Assembly (NCBI GenBank): GCA_045605805.1
Contig: JAZUQR010000010.1
Location: 70,815-134,814 of the forward strand
DNA from: Alphaproteobacteria bacterium
GTDB taxonomy: Bacteria > Pseudomonadota > Alphaproteobacteria > CAAHEQ01 > UBA3637
Direction: 5' to 3'
DNA length: 64,000 bases
The translations under genes were made by a program, and so were the position numbers. Every line of letters begins with the position of its first letter. The first letter of the stretch is position 1. Shown here piece by piece: positions 51,381 through 62,800 of the stretch. Under the pieces are notes generated by a model. That model searched no databases. It worked only from the letters and a program-made list of their open reading frames with translations, and was not told the DNA's origin.

Positions 51381-52484
51381 TTACACCCGCATTGGCATCA
51401 AAACAAATAAAGAAGATGTATCGGCCGCATCTTGCAAAATCACCGGTGACACACCGTCTTGAAGTGTGATTTTTACATTTTGTCCTTTGATTTGCGCCAA
51501 AATATCCAACAGATAACGATAATTGAAACCAATATCCAATTCTTCGTTCATATAGGTGGCATCCAATTCATCTTCCGCAGAACCTTCATCCACCGCTGTG
51601 GCAGACACTTGAAGCAGGTTTTCACGCAAAGATAATTTGATACCTTTGGATTTTTCGCACACAACGGACACCCGTTCAATAACATCGGCCAACACTTTGG
51701 CATCGGCTTCTAATGTTTTATCATTTCCGGTTGGAATTACTTTTTGATAATCCGGATATGTGCCATCCACCAAACGGGAAGACAATTCAATTTCGTTCAT
51801 TTTGAAACGGATTTGATTGGCCGACAAAGCAATGTGCAGATTTTCCACATTATCCCCTGCCAATTTTGCCACTTCGCCAATTGTTTTTCTGGGTACAATC
51901 ACACCAGGGATATCTTTTGCCCCTTCCGGCAGTGTTGTTTTAGAACAGGCCAAACGATGACCGTCTGTGGCCACAGCAACCAACATGCCTTCTTTTTCAT
52001 GCAAATAAATACCGTTCAAATTGTAGCGTGTTTCTTCCAAAGAAACGGCAAAACTTGTTTGGTTGATAAGAGTCAAAAGCTGTTCGGCCGGCAAATCAAA
52101 CACAAATGGTGTTTCTTCCTTGGCCATGGAGGGGAATCCTTCCGGCGGAATGCTTGCCAACGCAAACTTAGAACGCCCAGAGGTGAGATTTACTTGATTT
52201 GTTTCTTCCGAAAAAGCCAAACAGACTTGCGCCCCAGACGGCAAGCGACGGACAATATCATACAACTTATGTGCCGGCACCGTGATTGCCCCTTCTTCTT
52301 CCACTTGGGCCGAGATTTTTTCCGAAATCTCCAATTCATTATCGGTGGCTTTTAACAAAACGCCTTCTGCGGTTGTTTCAATCAACACATTGGCCAAAAT
52401 GGGAATTGTTTGACGGCGTTCCACAATGCTTTGTGCGTGTGCTAATGCTTTCAATAAAGCGTCTTGTTCCACTGTAATTTTCAT
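51381..52484 (-). CDS. dnaN: DNA polymerase III beta sliding clamp
   Basis: MKITVEQDALLKALAHAQSIVERRQTIPILANVLIE… Three-domain length of 367 aa. No dnaA upstream. Confidence 0.85.
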   Translation of the reverse strand: MKITVEQDALLKALAHAQSIVERRQTIPILANVLIETTAEGVLLKATDNELEISEKISAQVEEEGAITVPAHKLYDIVRRLPSGAQVCLAFSEETNQVNLTSGRSKFALASIPPEGFPSMAKEETPFVFDLPAEQLLTLINQTSFAVSLEETRYNLNGIYLHEKEGMLVAVATDGHRLACSKTTLPEGAKDIPGVIVPRKTIGEVAKLAGDNVENLHIALSANQIRFKMNEIELSSRLVDGTYPDYQKVIPTGNDKTLEADAKVLADVIERVSVVCEKSKGIKLSLRENLLQVSATAVDEGSAEDELDATYMNEELDIGFNYRYLLDILAQIKGQNVKITLQDGVSPVILQDAADTSSLFVLMPMRV

Positions 52485-52603
52485 CATTTTCATTATCCTT
52501 TCTTTTAACTTTGTTTTTCTGAGATTATTGTACCTTATTTTTTTGAAAAAAACCACCGAAAAAACACTTTTTATATATTTTTCTTTTTTTATTTTGAAAA
52601 ATC

Positions 52604-52611
52604 TGTATAAT
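52604..52611 (+). promoter_or_regulatory. Extended -10 promoter element (TGtTATAAT) for the Lon-like gene. RBS aaggggga lies before the ATG at 52634.
   Basis: ctgTATAATag at 52603-52613. No good -35. The very AT-rich 150-bp divergent region is shared with dnaN. Confidence 0.35.
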
Positions 52612-52633
52612 AGAAAAAAACAAGGGGGATTTT

Positions 52634-54952
52634 ATGACCATTCAAACGCTTAAAGATGATGATTTATATCGGTTCAGTGCGCTGACGGCTGCCGATATAA
52701 AGAAAATTAAACCAAAGGCCACTATCTTGGGCCAAAATCGGGCTGTATCTGCCCTTAATTTTGGCATCAATATGCCAGCTAATGGTTATCATGTTTTTTC
52801 TGTGGGACCAAAGGGTGTGGGCAGAACTTCTTTAAGTTTGAACATTGTAAAACAGAATGCCTTAAAGTTTGATGCCCCTAATGATTGGTGCTATGTCACA
52901 AACTTTGATGATTATAACCGCCCTCAGCCCCTTTCTTTTCCTGCGGGACAAGGCAAACTTTTTGCCCAAGATATGAACAAAGCGGCCTTGGAAATTAAAC
53001 AAAAACTGGCTGTCACTTTTAATGATGAGGCTTATAAAATTGAGTTGGCTCACATTGAACAAGAGTTTGCCGCAGAAAAAGAATCTTATTTTCAAAAGCT
53101 GCACAAAGTTGTGGCCACAGATTATGTCACTTTATCCCGCCTTCCTTCTGGTTTAGTGGTGGCGCCTGTTGTTAAAGGACAAACTTTGAATCCAGACCAA
53201 TTTAATGCCTTGCCCTTAAAAACACGCAAGATGATTTTGAATCAAATGAAGGCTGCACAAGAACGATTGGAACAGGCCTTAAAAAATACGCCCGAATGGC
53301 AATTGTTGCAAGCCCAAAAAGTGATGGCGCTTAAACAGCATCTGATTGCACAGATTTTGAACACTCATTTGAAAAAAATTATTAAAACTTATGCGTCTTG
53401 CCCTTGTGTATCGGCTTATTTAACGGCTGTTCAAAATTATTTATTGGATAACATTGCTTTTGTTGTGCCGGATAAAACTGTTCCTGCCGATCAAATACGC
53501 CTTTTTTGGTCCAGATTGGCTGTGAATCCTTTTGTTTTGAATGACCCCAAAAAAGGGGCCCCAGTGGTTCATTTAAGTCGGCCTACCATTCCTCATTTAC
53601 TGGGGCGCATTGAACGAGTGCCTGTGGGTGGTTCATTGATGACTGATCATTCCATGATTCATGCGGGAGCTTTACATCAAGCCAATGGCGGTATTTTAGT
53701 GATAGAGGCACAAGAGTTTTTAGATTCCCCCCAATTATGGCCTTTATTAAAGCGGGCCTTATTTTCGGCTCAGATTAAAATGGATGCCGGTGATGAAACC
53801 AGCATTTTTACCAATATGACATTGGATCCCTTGCCCATTCCATTGTCTATTAAAGTTGTGTTGGTGGGAGATTCTCATTTGTATACCGCACTCAGCAGTA
53901 AAGACAGTGAGTTTTCTCAATTATTTAAGTTAGAAGCTCAATTTACCGAAAAAACAACACGGACAACCGATTTAGAAAAAGTATATATTGCCTCGTTGAT
54001 GGATTTTCGTGTGCAACACAAGTTATTGCCTTTTGCACCAACTACATTGAAAATCTTGGTTGAAATGGCAGCCAGAAAGGCTCAGGATAAAAACAGTTTA
54101 ACCATGCATGTTGTCTATATTCACGATTTAATGCGAGAGGCCGATTTTGAAGCCAGAACTTTGGGTGCTAAAACCGTCACGCCTGCCCATTTGGAACATG
54201 CTTTGGTTCAACGCTATTATCGCTTGGGCGCGCCGCAAGAAGAAATGATGAAGGCCATTAAAAGCGGCACGCTTCAAATTCAAACAGACGGCTTAAAGGT
54301 TGGACAATTGAATTCGTTGGTGATTCATCAATATGGTTCGTTTTCGTTTGGACGGCCGTCCCGAGTGACCTGTCAAATTCGCTTGGGCAGCGGAAAAGTG
54401 ACCGATATTGAACGAGAAGTTTCTTTGGGCGGTGCTTTACATACCAAAGGCGTTTTGATTTTGGCGGCTTATTTGGCCGGCACCTATGGTCGGGATATGC
54501 CTTTGCCTGTGGATGCCAGCTTGGTGATGGAACAATCCTATAACGAAATTGATGGGGATTCAGCCAGTGCAGCGGAACTTTATACTTTATTATCTGCTAT
54601 TTCTGATGTGCCTTTGAACCAATCTATTGCTGTGACGGGAGCCATCAACCAATTAGGCGAAGTGTTGGCTGTGGGGGCTGTGAATGAAAAAATTGAAGGC
54701 TATTTTGATGTGTGTGTTCAAAAAGGCTTGACAGGACATCAAGGGGTGATTATTCCCAAAGCGGTTGTGCAATCGTTGATGTTGGATGAACGGGTCAGAA
54801 ATGCGGTTGATAACAAACAATTCCATTTGTGGGCGGTGGATACCGTTGATGAAGGGATGCAGATTTTAACCGGATTGACTCCGGCACAATTCAAAAAACG
54901 TCTTACCAAACGCTTGGCCGAGTTCACCGCAAAAGCCAAAAAAGCAAAATAA
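52634..54952 (+). CDS. Lon-like (S16) protease with an N-terminal AAA-like domain bearing a degenerate Walker A (YcbZ/LonC-like)
   Basis: C-terminal Lon proteolytic domain with Ser (…DGDSASAA…) and Lys (…VGAVNEKIEG…). N-terminal P-loop-like GPKGVGRTS, where Arg replaces the canonical Lys. Confidence 0.7.
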   Translation: MTIQTLKDDDLYRFSALTAADIKKIKPKATILGQNRAVSALNFGINMPANGYHVFSVGPKGVGRTSLSLNIVKQNALKFDAPNDWCYVTNFDDYNRPQPLSFPAGQGKLFAQDMNKAALEIKQKLAVTFNDEAYKIELAHIEQEFAAEKESYFQKLHKVVATDYVTLSRLPSGLVVAPVVKGQTLNPDQFNALPLKTRKMILNQMKAAQERLEQALKNTPEWQLLQAQKVMALKQHLIAQILNTHLKKIIKTYASCPCVSAYLTAVQNYLLDNIAFVVPDKTVPADQIRLFWSRLAVNPFVLNDPKKGAPVVHLSRPTIPHLLGRIERVPVGGSLMTDHSMIHAGALHQANGGILVIEAQEFLDSPQLWPLLKRALFSAQIKMDAGDETSIFTNMTLDPLPIPLSIKVVLVGDSHLYTALSSKDSEFSQLFKLEAQFTEKTTRTTDLEKVYIASLMDFRVQHKLLPFAPTTLKILVEMAARKAQDKNSLTMHVVYIHDLMREADFEARTLGAKTVTPAHLEHALVQRYYRLGAPQEEMMKAIKSGTLQIQTDGLKVGQLNSLVIHQYGSFSFGRPSRVTCQIRLGSGKVTDIEREVSLGGALHTKGVLILAAYLAGTYGRDMPLPVDASLVMEQSYNEIDGDSASAAELYTLLSAISDVPLNQSIAVTGAINQLGEVLAVGAVNEKIEGYFDVCVQKGLTGHQGVIIPKAVVQSLMLDERVRNAVDNKQFHLWAVDTVDEGMQILTGLTPAQFKKRLTKRLAEFTAKAKKAK

Positions 54953-54971
54953 GTTTTCATCTTACAAAAAA

Positions 54972-54995
54972 ACACCCTGTGCGATGACAGGGTGT
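54972..54995. terminator. Bidirectional rho-independent terminator / repeated hairpin element, copy 1
   Basis: acaccctgt-gcgatg-acagggtgt: a 9-bp perfect stem flanked by an A-run and a T-run, between the convergent Lon-like and lipoprotein genes. Confidence 0.6.
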
Positions 54996-55011
54996 CTTTG
55001 TTTTGTTTTGC

Positions 55012-55416
55012 TTATTTTTCTGAGGTTTTATCCAGATTCATCATAATATCATTCTCTTTGAATGTCCACATTGCCCCAGTTGCAGGGTCAACAATTAACG
55101 CTCCAATTAATCCACCAAAAATTATATTTCCCCAATACCATCCGTTCATTCGTGTTTCTAAAACTTTTTCTGTTGGTGTATAACCTTTCTTTTCGGCTTT
55201 AATTGTATATGTTTCCCCTGAAAAAAAACCACGTTTTTTATCCAATGACAAAGAAATCGGGGCCTGTCCTGAATAAACAGTTTTGTTTTTACTATCTGTG
55301 ATTTTTAATGAGGTTTTAGGCGCATTACTGTTAAAAGATACTGTTTCATATTGAGAATCAACGATTGAACAGCATCCCGACAACAATAATAAGCTGAGAA
55401 TTAAAGATGTTTTCAT
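55012..55416 (-). CDS. Hypothetical lipoprotein with a glycine-zipper-like C-terminal segment
   Basis: Lipobox LLLSGC (MKTSLILSLLLLSGCCS). …GWYWGNIIFGGLIGALIVDPATGAMW…. Confidence 0.5.
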   Translation of the reverse strand: MKTSLILSLLLLSGCCSIVDSQYETVSFNSNAPKTSLKITDSKNKTVYSGQAPISLSLDKKRGFFSGETYTIKAEKKGYTPTEKVLETRMNGWYWGNIIFGGLIGALIVDPATGAMWTFKENDIMMNLDKTSEK

Positions 55417-55672
55417 TTTCTTCTTCCTTTCTTATAAAAAAAACGCCTTGATGAGAGGCGGTTGGAAGTTAGAAAACTATCAACAGAATAGCGTCACATA
55501 TTCGGATTAAACCTTATTTTGCAACCTTCCAACCCTTTAAGGTTGGAGTTTTACATCCTTTCAGATGCTGTTGAGAGGTTTTCTAAGCCTCGGAACAGGA
55601 ATCGCCTGTTCCAAAATAAGTTTACTCGTTTTCTTCTTAATTGTCAAGATGCCCTTTATTCTATATAACAAA

Positions 55673-55696
55673 ACACCCTGTGCGATGACAGGGTGT
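55673..55696 (-). terminator. Rho-independent terminator of rpoC. An identical 24-bp hairpin element, copy 2.
   Basis: Exact repeat of acaccctgtgcgatgacagggtgt, followed on the plus strand by tttttgttttttt and preceded by A-rich sequence. It is 17 nt downstream of the rpoC stop. Confidence 0.55.
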
Positions 55697-55712
55697 TTTT
55701 GTTTTTTTGCTT

Positions 55713-58700
55713 TTATGCTTCGGCAGGGTTTGCCGTTTCTTTGTTGCGAGCATCCAAAACCTCTTGGTCTTTGATGGCTGCTTCGGCACGCAAACGCTTG
55801 ATTTGTGCGCCTGTTCCGGCAGGAATCAAACGACCCACAATCACATTTTCTTTCAATCCTTTTAATGGATCTCTGCGTCCGGCTGTTGCCGCTTCCGTCA
55901 ACACACGAGTTGTTTCTTGGAAGGATGCGCCTGCGATAAAGGATGGTGTTTGCAAGCTGGACTTTGTAATACCAGACAGCACTGGGGTCACTTTGGCAGG
56001 CTTACCGCCAGCGGCCAACGCTTTTTGGTTTTCGTTCAACAATGCGTCTTTATCTACTTGTTCACCCAACAACAATGTTGTATCTCCGGCATCGGTGACT
56101 TCCAATTTACGCATCATTTGGCGGATAATCACTTCAATGTGCTTATCATTGATTTTCACACCCTGCAAGCGATAGACTGATTGAATTTCTTTAATCAGGT
56201 ATTTTGCCAAGGCTTCCACGCCCAATACACGCAAGATATCGGCAGGCACCAAGTCGCCTTCAACAATTTCATCACCCTTATGGATTGTATCCCCATCATA
56301 AACTGTGGGTGTTTTTCCTTTTGGAATGATATAGCTGTGTTTCTTGCCTTCTTCATCAATGATGGACATAATGCGTTTTGTTTGGAACTCTTCGCCCAAT
56401 TCAACTTGTCCGTCTTGTTCGGCAATGATGGCGGCATCTTTTGGACGACGGGCTTCAAACAATTCACTCACCCGTGGCAAACCACCGGTAATATCTTTTG
56501 TTTTTGAATCACGAGGAATCAACGCCAACACATCCCCTTCATGTAATTCTTGCCCATCATTCACTGTGATGATAGCCCCTTTTGGTAAGTACACCCGCAC
56601 ATCGGCATTTTTGGCATTTTTCACCACTTCACCTTTTTCATTCAATAAGGTAATATGCGGACGCAAGGCACGAGCAGAAGCAGATTTTTCGGATTCCATA
56701 ATCACTTTTTCCGTTAAACCTGTTCCCATATCTGTTCTTTCATCCAATGTTTTACCAACAATCATATCTTGGTATTTCACACGACCGGAAGCATCGGCAA
56801 TAATCGGGCTTGAATATGGATCCCATTCCACCAAGCGAGTGCCTTTTTTCACTTCTTGTCCGTCTGTCACCATGATTTTGGACCCATAGATGAGTTTATG
56901 ACGCGCTTTTTCACGGCCGTTTTTATCCACCAACACCATTTCGCAGTTTCTGGACAACACAACGGTATCTCCGTTAGAGTTTGTCACATTGTTGGCGTTT
57001 TCCAAATGAACTGTGGCTTCAAATGCAGCATCAATGGCTGATTCTGCCCCACGCTGTGCTGTACCACCAACGTGGAAGGTACGCATGGTCAACTGAGTAC
57101 CCGGTTCACCAATGGATTGTCCGGCAATTGTCCCAACAGCTTCGCCCAAGCTGACCAATGTGCCACGAGCCAAATCACGCCCATAACATTTGGCACAGAT
57201 GCCATCTTCGGCTTCACAAGTTAAAACAGAACGAATCTTCACTGTATCAATGCCCACATTATCAATGGTATTGACATCTGATTCATCAATCAATTTACCT
57301 TTGGCAAGCAACACTTCGCCTGTGGTTGGGTGTTTAATATCTTCTGCCAAAGTGCGCCCCAAAATCTGATCCCCAGTGGAAGAAATCACATCACCACCTT
57401 CAACAATCGGGCGGACGGTAATGCCATTTTCTGTGCCACAATCTTCCATTGTAATAACGGCATCTTGTGCCACGCCCACCAATTTACGGGTCAAATAACC
57501 AGAGGAAGCTGTTTTCAAAGCCGTATCGGCCAAACCCTTACGGGCACCGTGTGTGGAAATAAAGTATTCCATCACCGTTAAACCTTCCTTAAAGTTAGAA
57601 CGAATTGGGGTTTCAATAATGTCTCCGTTTGGTTTGGCCATCAAACCACGCATACCACCCAACTGGCGCATCTGGGTTTGAGAACCACGAGCCCCAGAGT
57701 CGGCCATCATATACACCGAGTTCACTGGTTTGCCGGCTTCCGATTTGGACATTTCGGCCATCATCTCTTTACCAACGGCATCATTACAAATTGACCAAGC
57801 ATCCACCACTTTGTTGTATTTTTCCAAACGAGTGATTAAACCATCTTGGTATTGTTGTTCGTATTCTTGTGTTTTGGCTTCTGTTTCGGCCATCAATTTC
57901 TTTTTGGCAGGTGGCACAATCATGTCATCCTTACCAAACGAAATGCCCGCCAACGCAGCATATTTGAAGCCCAAATCTTTCACTTTGTCGGCAAAAAGGC
58001 ATGTTTCTTGCTGACCACAATGATGATAGACTTCGCCAATGATGTCGCTGATATCCTTTTTCTTCAACAATTTGTTGATCAACTTGAACGGAATCTTATC
58101 CGAATCAGGCAAAATTGTGGAGATAATCACACGCCCTGGTGTTGTTTCAACCACTTTTGTGACTTTTTCCCCGTTTTCTTCCATAATTGGCATCCGAACT
58201 TTAATCTTGGCTTGTAAGGAGACTTCGTGATTGAACAAAGCGTGTTCAATTTCCTGCGGACATGAGAAAATCATCCCTTCGCCTTTTTCACCGTCTTTTT
58301 GCATGGACAAGTAATACAAGCCCAGCACCATATCCTGTGACGGTTCAATAATCGGTTTACCAGATGCAGGAGACAAAATGTTGTTTGTTGCCATCATCAA
58401 CACACGAGCTTCTAATTGAGCTTCTGTGGACAAGGGTACATGCACCGCCATTTGGTCACCGTCAAAGTCAGCGTTAAAGGCTTTACAGGCCAATGGGTGC
58501 AATTGAATAGCTTTCCCTTCAATCAACACCGGTTCAAAAGCCTGAATACCCAAACGGTGCAAGGTTGGCGCACGGTTCAACAATACAGGGTGTTCATGAA
58601 TCACTTCGGACAAGATATCCCACACCACAGGGATTTCTTTTTCCACCATTTTCTTGGCAGCCTTAATTGTATTCGCATGACCGTATTGTTCCAACTTTGC

Positions 58701-59849
58701 ATAGATAAATGGTTTGAACAATTCCAACGCAATGCGTTTGGGCAACCCACATTGGTGCAGTTTTAATTCCGGACCCACTGTAATCACAGAACGGGCCGAA
58801 TAGTCCACACGTTTACCCAACAAGTTTTGACGGAAACGACCTTGTTTACCTTTTAACATATCCGCCAAAGATTTGAGTGGGCGTTTATTTGTGCCAGTGA
58901 CTGCACGACCACGACGACCGTTATCAAACAACGCATCCACCGCTTCTTGCAACATCCGTTTTTCGTTGCGAATGATGATTTCTGGCGCACGCAATTCCAA
59001 CAATCTTTTCAAACGATTGTTGCGGTTGATGACACGACGGTATAAGTCGTTCAAATCAGATGTCGCAAAACGACCGCCATCCAATGGAACTAATGGACGC
59101 AATTCCGGAGGAATCACAGGTAATACATCCAAAACCATCCATTCCGGACGAGAACCAGATTCCAAGAAGGCTTCCACCAATTTTAATTTTTTAATAATTT
59201 TTTTGCGTTTCATATCCGATTTTGTTTCAATCAATTCGGCACGCAAGTTTTTGGCTTCGGTACTTAAATCAATTTGACTTAACAATTCTTTAATGGCTTC
59301 GGCCCCAATGCCCACACGGAAAGAATCTTCACCATATTCTTCCAAGGCTTGGTTATATTGTTCTTCTGTCAATAATTCCATTTGTTTCAATGGTGTTAAA
59401 CCTGGTTCAATCACAATGTATTTTTCAAAATATAACACTGCTTCCAATTGTTTTAACATCATATCCAACAAGGTGCCAATACGGCTTGGCAATGATTTTA
59501 AGAACCAAATGTGTGTCACCGGTGAGGCCAAGTCAATATGCCCCATGCGTTCACGACGCACTTTGGACAATGTCACTTCCACACCACATTTTTCACAGAT
59601 AATTCCCCGATATTTCATGCGTTTATATTTACCGCACAAACATTCATAGTCCTTCACGGGACCAAAGATTTTGGCACAGAATAATCCGTCTTTTTCGGGT
59701 TTGAATGTCCGATAGTTGATTGTTTCCGGATGTGTCACTTCACCAAAGGACCAGCTGCGGATTTTTTCCGGAGAGGCAATAGAAATCCGAATGTCGTCAA
59801 ACATTTGTGGCGACGGCATTTGACCAAAAGTTTTAATCAGTTCGTTCAT
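55713..59849 (-). CDS. rpoC: DNA-directed RNA polymerase subunit beta'
   Basis: 1378 aa. N-terminus …IRSWSFGEV…, zinc-binding Cys cluster, NADFDGD catalytic motif. Confidence 0.97.
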   Translation of the reverse strand: MNELIKTFGQMPSPQMFDDIRISIASPEKIRSWSFGEVTHPETINYRTFKPEKDGLFCAKIFGPVKDYECLCGKYKRMKYRGIICEKCGVEVTLSKVRRERMGHIDLASPVTHIWFLKSLPSRIGTLLDMMLKQLEAVLYFEKYIVIEPGLTPLKQMELLTEEQYNQALEEYGEDSFRVGIGAEAIKELLSQIDLSTEAKNLRAELIETKSDMKRKKIIKKLKLVEAFLESGSRPEWMVLDVLPVIPPELRPLVPLDGGRFATSDLNDLYRRVINRNNRLKRLLELRAPEIIIRNEKRMLQEAVDALFDNGRRGRAVTGTNKRPLKSLADMLKGKQGRFRQNLLGKRVDYSARSVITVGPELKLHQCGLPKRIALELFKPFIYAKLEQYGHANTIKAAKKMVEKEIPVVWDILSEVIHEHPVLLNRAPTLHRLGIQAFEPVLIEGKAIQLHPLACKAFNADFDGDQMAVHVPLSTEAQLEARVLMMATNNILSPASGKPIIEPSQDMVLGLYYLSMQKDGEKGEGMIFSCPQEIEHALFNHEVSLQAKIKVRMPIMEENGEKVTKVVETTPGRVIISTILPDSDKIPFKLINKLLKKKDISDIIGEVYHHCGQQETCLFADKVKDLGFKYAALAGISFGKDDMIVPPAKKKLMAETEAKTQEYEQQYQDGLITRLEKYNKVVDAWSICNDAVGKEMMAEMSKSEAGKPVNSVYMMADSGARGSQTQMRQLGGMRGLMAKPNGDIIETPIRSNFKEGLTVMEYFISTHGARKGLADTALKTASSGYLTRKLVGVAQDAVITMEDCGTENGITVRPIVEGGDVISSTGDQILGRTLAEDIKHPTTGEVLLAKGKLIDESDVNTIDNVGIDTVKIRSVLTCEAEDGICAKCYGRDLARGTLVSLGEAVGTIAGQSIGEPGTQLTMRTFHVGGTAQRGAESAIDAAFEATVHLENANNVTNSNGDTVVLSRNCEMVLVDKNGREKARHKLIYGSKIMVTDGQEVKKGTRLVEWDPYSSPIIADASGRVKYQDMIVGKTLDERTDMGTGLTEKVIMESEKSASARALRPHITLLNEKGEVVKNAKNADVRVYLPKGAIITVNDGQELHEGDVLALIPRDSKTKDITGGLPRVSELFEARRPKDAAIIAEQDGQVELGEEFQTKRIMSIIDEEGKKHSYIIPKGKTPTVYDGDTIHKGDEIVEGDLVPADILRVLGVEALAKYLIKEIQSVYRLQGVKINDKHIEVIIRQMMRKLEVTDAGDTTLLLGEQVDKDALLNENQKALAAGGKPAKVTPVLSGITKSSLQTPSFIAGASFQETTRVLTEAATAGRRDPLKGLKENVIVGRLIPAGTGAQIKRLRAEAAIKDQEVLDARNKETANPAEA

Positions 59850-59866
59850 TTTACTTTCTCCTCTTC

Positions 59867-62800
59867 TTACTGTTCGTTTTGATTGAGTTCAACATCTAAG
59901 CCCAAAGAACGCATTTCTTTGACCAACACATTGAAGGATTCAGGAATACCCGCTTCAAAACTGGTATCCCCACGGATAATGGCCTCATAGGCTTTCACAC
60001 GGCCAGACACATCGTCAGACTTGATGGTTAGCATTTCTTGTAAGGTATATGCCGCACCATAGGCTTCCAAAGCCCACACTTCCATTTCACCAAAGCGTTG
60101 ACCACCAAATTGAGCCTTACCGCCCAAAGGTTGTTGTGTGACCAAGCTGTACGGCCCAATGGAACGAGCGTGAATCTTTTCATCCACCAAGTGGTGTAAT
60201 TTCAACATATACATATAACCAATTGTCACTTTGCGTTCAAATGGTTCACCTGTACGGCCATCAAACAATGTCACCTGACCAGAAACATCCAAGCCGGCTT
60301 TTTTCAACATGGCATCAATATCTTCTTGATGCGCCCCGTCAAACACAGGGGTTGCAATTGGCATTCCGTCTTTCAAGTTAGCGGCCATCTTCATCACATC
60401 TTCGTCATTCAATTCAGCCACTTTGGCGTTGTATTCTTTATCGCCATAGACATCTTTTAATTTGGCACGCAAATCTTCTACTTTGGCAGTGTTCGCTTTT
60501 ACTTGCTTCACCACTTCGTTGATTTGCTCGCCCAATTTATGACAGGCATAGCCCAAGTGTGTTTCCAAAATCTGACCCACATTCATACGAGACGGCACAC
60601 CCAATGGATTCAATACGATATCCACAGGCTTGCCATCGGCTGTGTAAGGCATATCTTCAATCGGCAACACCCGAGAAACCACACCTTTGTTTCCGTGACG
60701 ACCGGACATTTTATCACCCAATTGCAACTTCATTTTTGTGGCCACAAAGACACGAATCTTTTTCAATTCGCCCGCCATCATATCATCGCCTCGTTGCAAT
60801 TTTTCAACTTTGTTTTCAAACTTGGATTGCAAGACACGTTCGCCTTCGTCCAATGTTTGAATCAATTGTTCCATTTCGGCCATTACTTTGTCATCAGCAA
60901 CATTGATTTTGCGCAACGCTACATCGTTTAATTCTTGTAAATCTTCGGCCGTTAGCACATCGCCTTTTTTGAACTTATCGGCTTTGGAAACAGTTTGTCC
61001 AACCAACAGCTGACGGGCACGGTATGCAAAGTTGCCTTCCAAAATGGCTTTTTCATCATCTCTGTCTTTGGCCAATTTGCTGATTTCAGCTTGTTCAATG
61101 GCCAAGGCCCGTTCATCTTTTTCCAAACCACGACGGGTAAAGACACGCACATCCACAACTGTTCCGGATACACCAGGCGGCACACGCAACGAGCTGTCAC
61201 GCACATCAGCGGCTTTTTCACCAAAGATTGTTCTTAACAGTTTTTCTTCCGGTGTCATCACTGTTTCGCCTTTTGGTGTCACACGGCCAACCAAAATGTC
61301 ACCCGCTTTCACTTCGGCACCCACATAAATCACACCTGTTTCGTCCAAGTTGCGCAAGGCATCTTCACCCACATTTGGAATATCTCGGGTGATTTCTTCT
61401 TGACCCAACTTTGTGTCACGAGCTGTTATTTCATATTCACGAATATGAATAGATGTAAAGACATCATCACGGGCAATGCGTTCAGAAATCAAAATAGCAT
61501 CTTCGTAGTTATAACCGTTCCATGGCATAAAGGCCACCAACACATTACGACCCAAAGCCAATTCGCCCATTTCTGTACAAGCACCATCAGCAATGATTTC
61601 GCCCTTTTCAACTTTATCCCCAGTATGGACAAGTGGTTCTTGTGTCATACATGTGTCCACATTAGACCGTTGGAACTTACCTAAACGATAAATATCCACA
61701 CCCGAAGCATGTGTGTCAACTTCTTCTGTTGCCCGAATCACAATACGGGAAGAATCAACGAATTCCACCACACCAGAGCGTTTTGCGGTTAAAGCAGCAC
61801 GAGAATCTTTGGCAACCATCAATTCCATGCCTGTACCAACCAATGGCGATTGGTTCTTCAACAAAGGGACCCCTTGCTTTTGCATGTTAGAACCCATCAA
61901 CGCACGGTTAGCGTCATCGTTTTCCAAGAATGGAATCAAGCTGGCAGCGGCCGATACAATCTGGCGGGCAATCAAGTCAATGAAGTCCACTTCTTCCGGA
62001 CGCACCATTGTCACTTCGCCATCACGACGGGCTGTCACCATTTCTTCAATCAACTCCCCTTTTTCGTTTTTCAACGAGTTGGCTTGAGCAATTGTATATT
62101 TGGATTCTTCCATTGCTGTCATATACACAACTTCATCTGTCACCTTTTTATCAACCACTTTGCGGTATGGTGTTTCAATGAACCCATATTCATCCACTTT
62201 GGCATAGGTGGCCAACGAGTTAATCAACCCAATGTTTTGGCCTTCCGGTGTTTCAATTGGACAGATACGCCCATAGTGTGTTGGGTGTACGTCACGCACT
62301 TCCATACCCGCACGATCCCGTGTTAAACCACCAGGACCTAATGCAGACAAACGGCGTTTGTGTGTAATTTCTGACAACGGATTGTTTTGATCCATAAATT
62401 GGCTTAATTGGCTGGACGCAAAAAACTCACGCACTGCGGTGGACAATGGTTTTGCATTCACCAAATCAGACGGCATCACTGTATCAATATCGCTGGATGT
62501 CATATGTTCACGAATCAAGCGTTCCATACGCAACAAGCCAATACGATATTGGTTTTCCATCAATTCGCCCACAGGACGCACACGACGGTTGCCCAAGTTA
62601 TCAATATCATCCACATTCCCCAAACCATCTTTGATTTGTGTCAAGATTTTCATCACGCCCAACACATCTTCTTTGCGTAAGATACGCATGGTTGGCGGCA
62701 CTTCTTCGTTGGAAACACCCAAACGAGCATTCAACTTTACACGACCAACGGCCGATAAATCATAATGTTCCGGATTGAAAATCATATTCCGGAAACGTTG

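Noticed and set aside
52486-52497. Partial DnaA-box-like ttatccttt at the dnaN 5' end.
   Set aside because: Three mismatches to the consensus. Not convincing.
52634-54952. BREX (BrxL) defence-system membership of the Lon-like protease.
   Set aside because: No pglX, pglZ, brxA, brxB or brxC genes are within the window. A solo Lon-like protease is more consistent with a YcbZ/LonC-type housekeeping protease.
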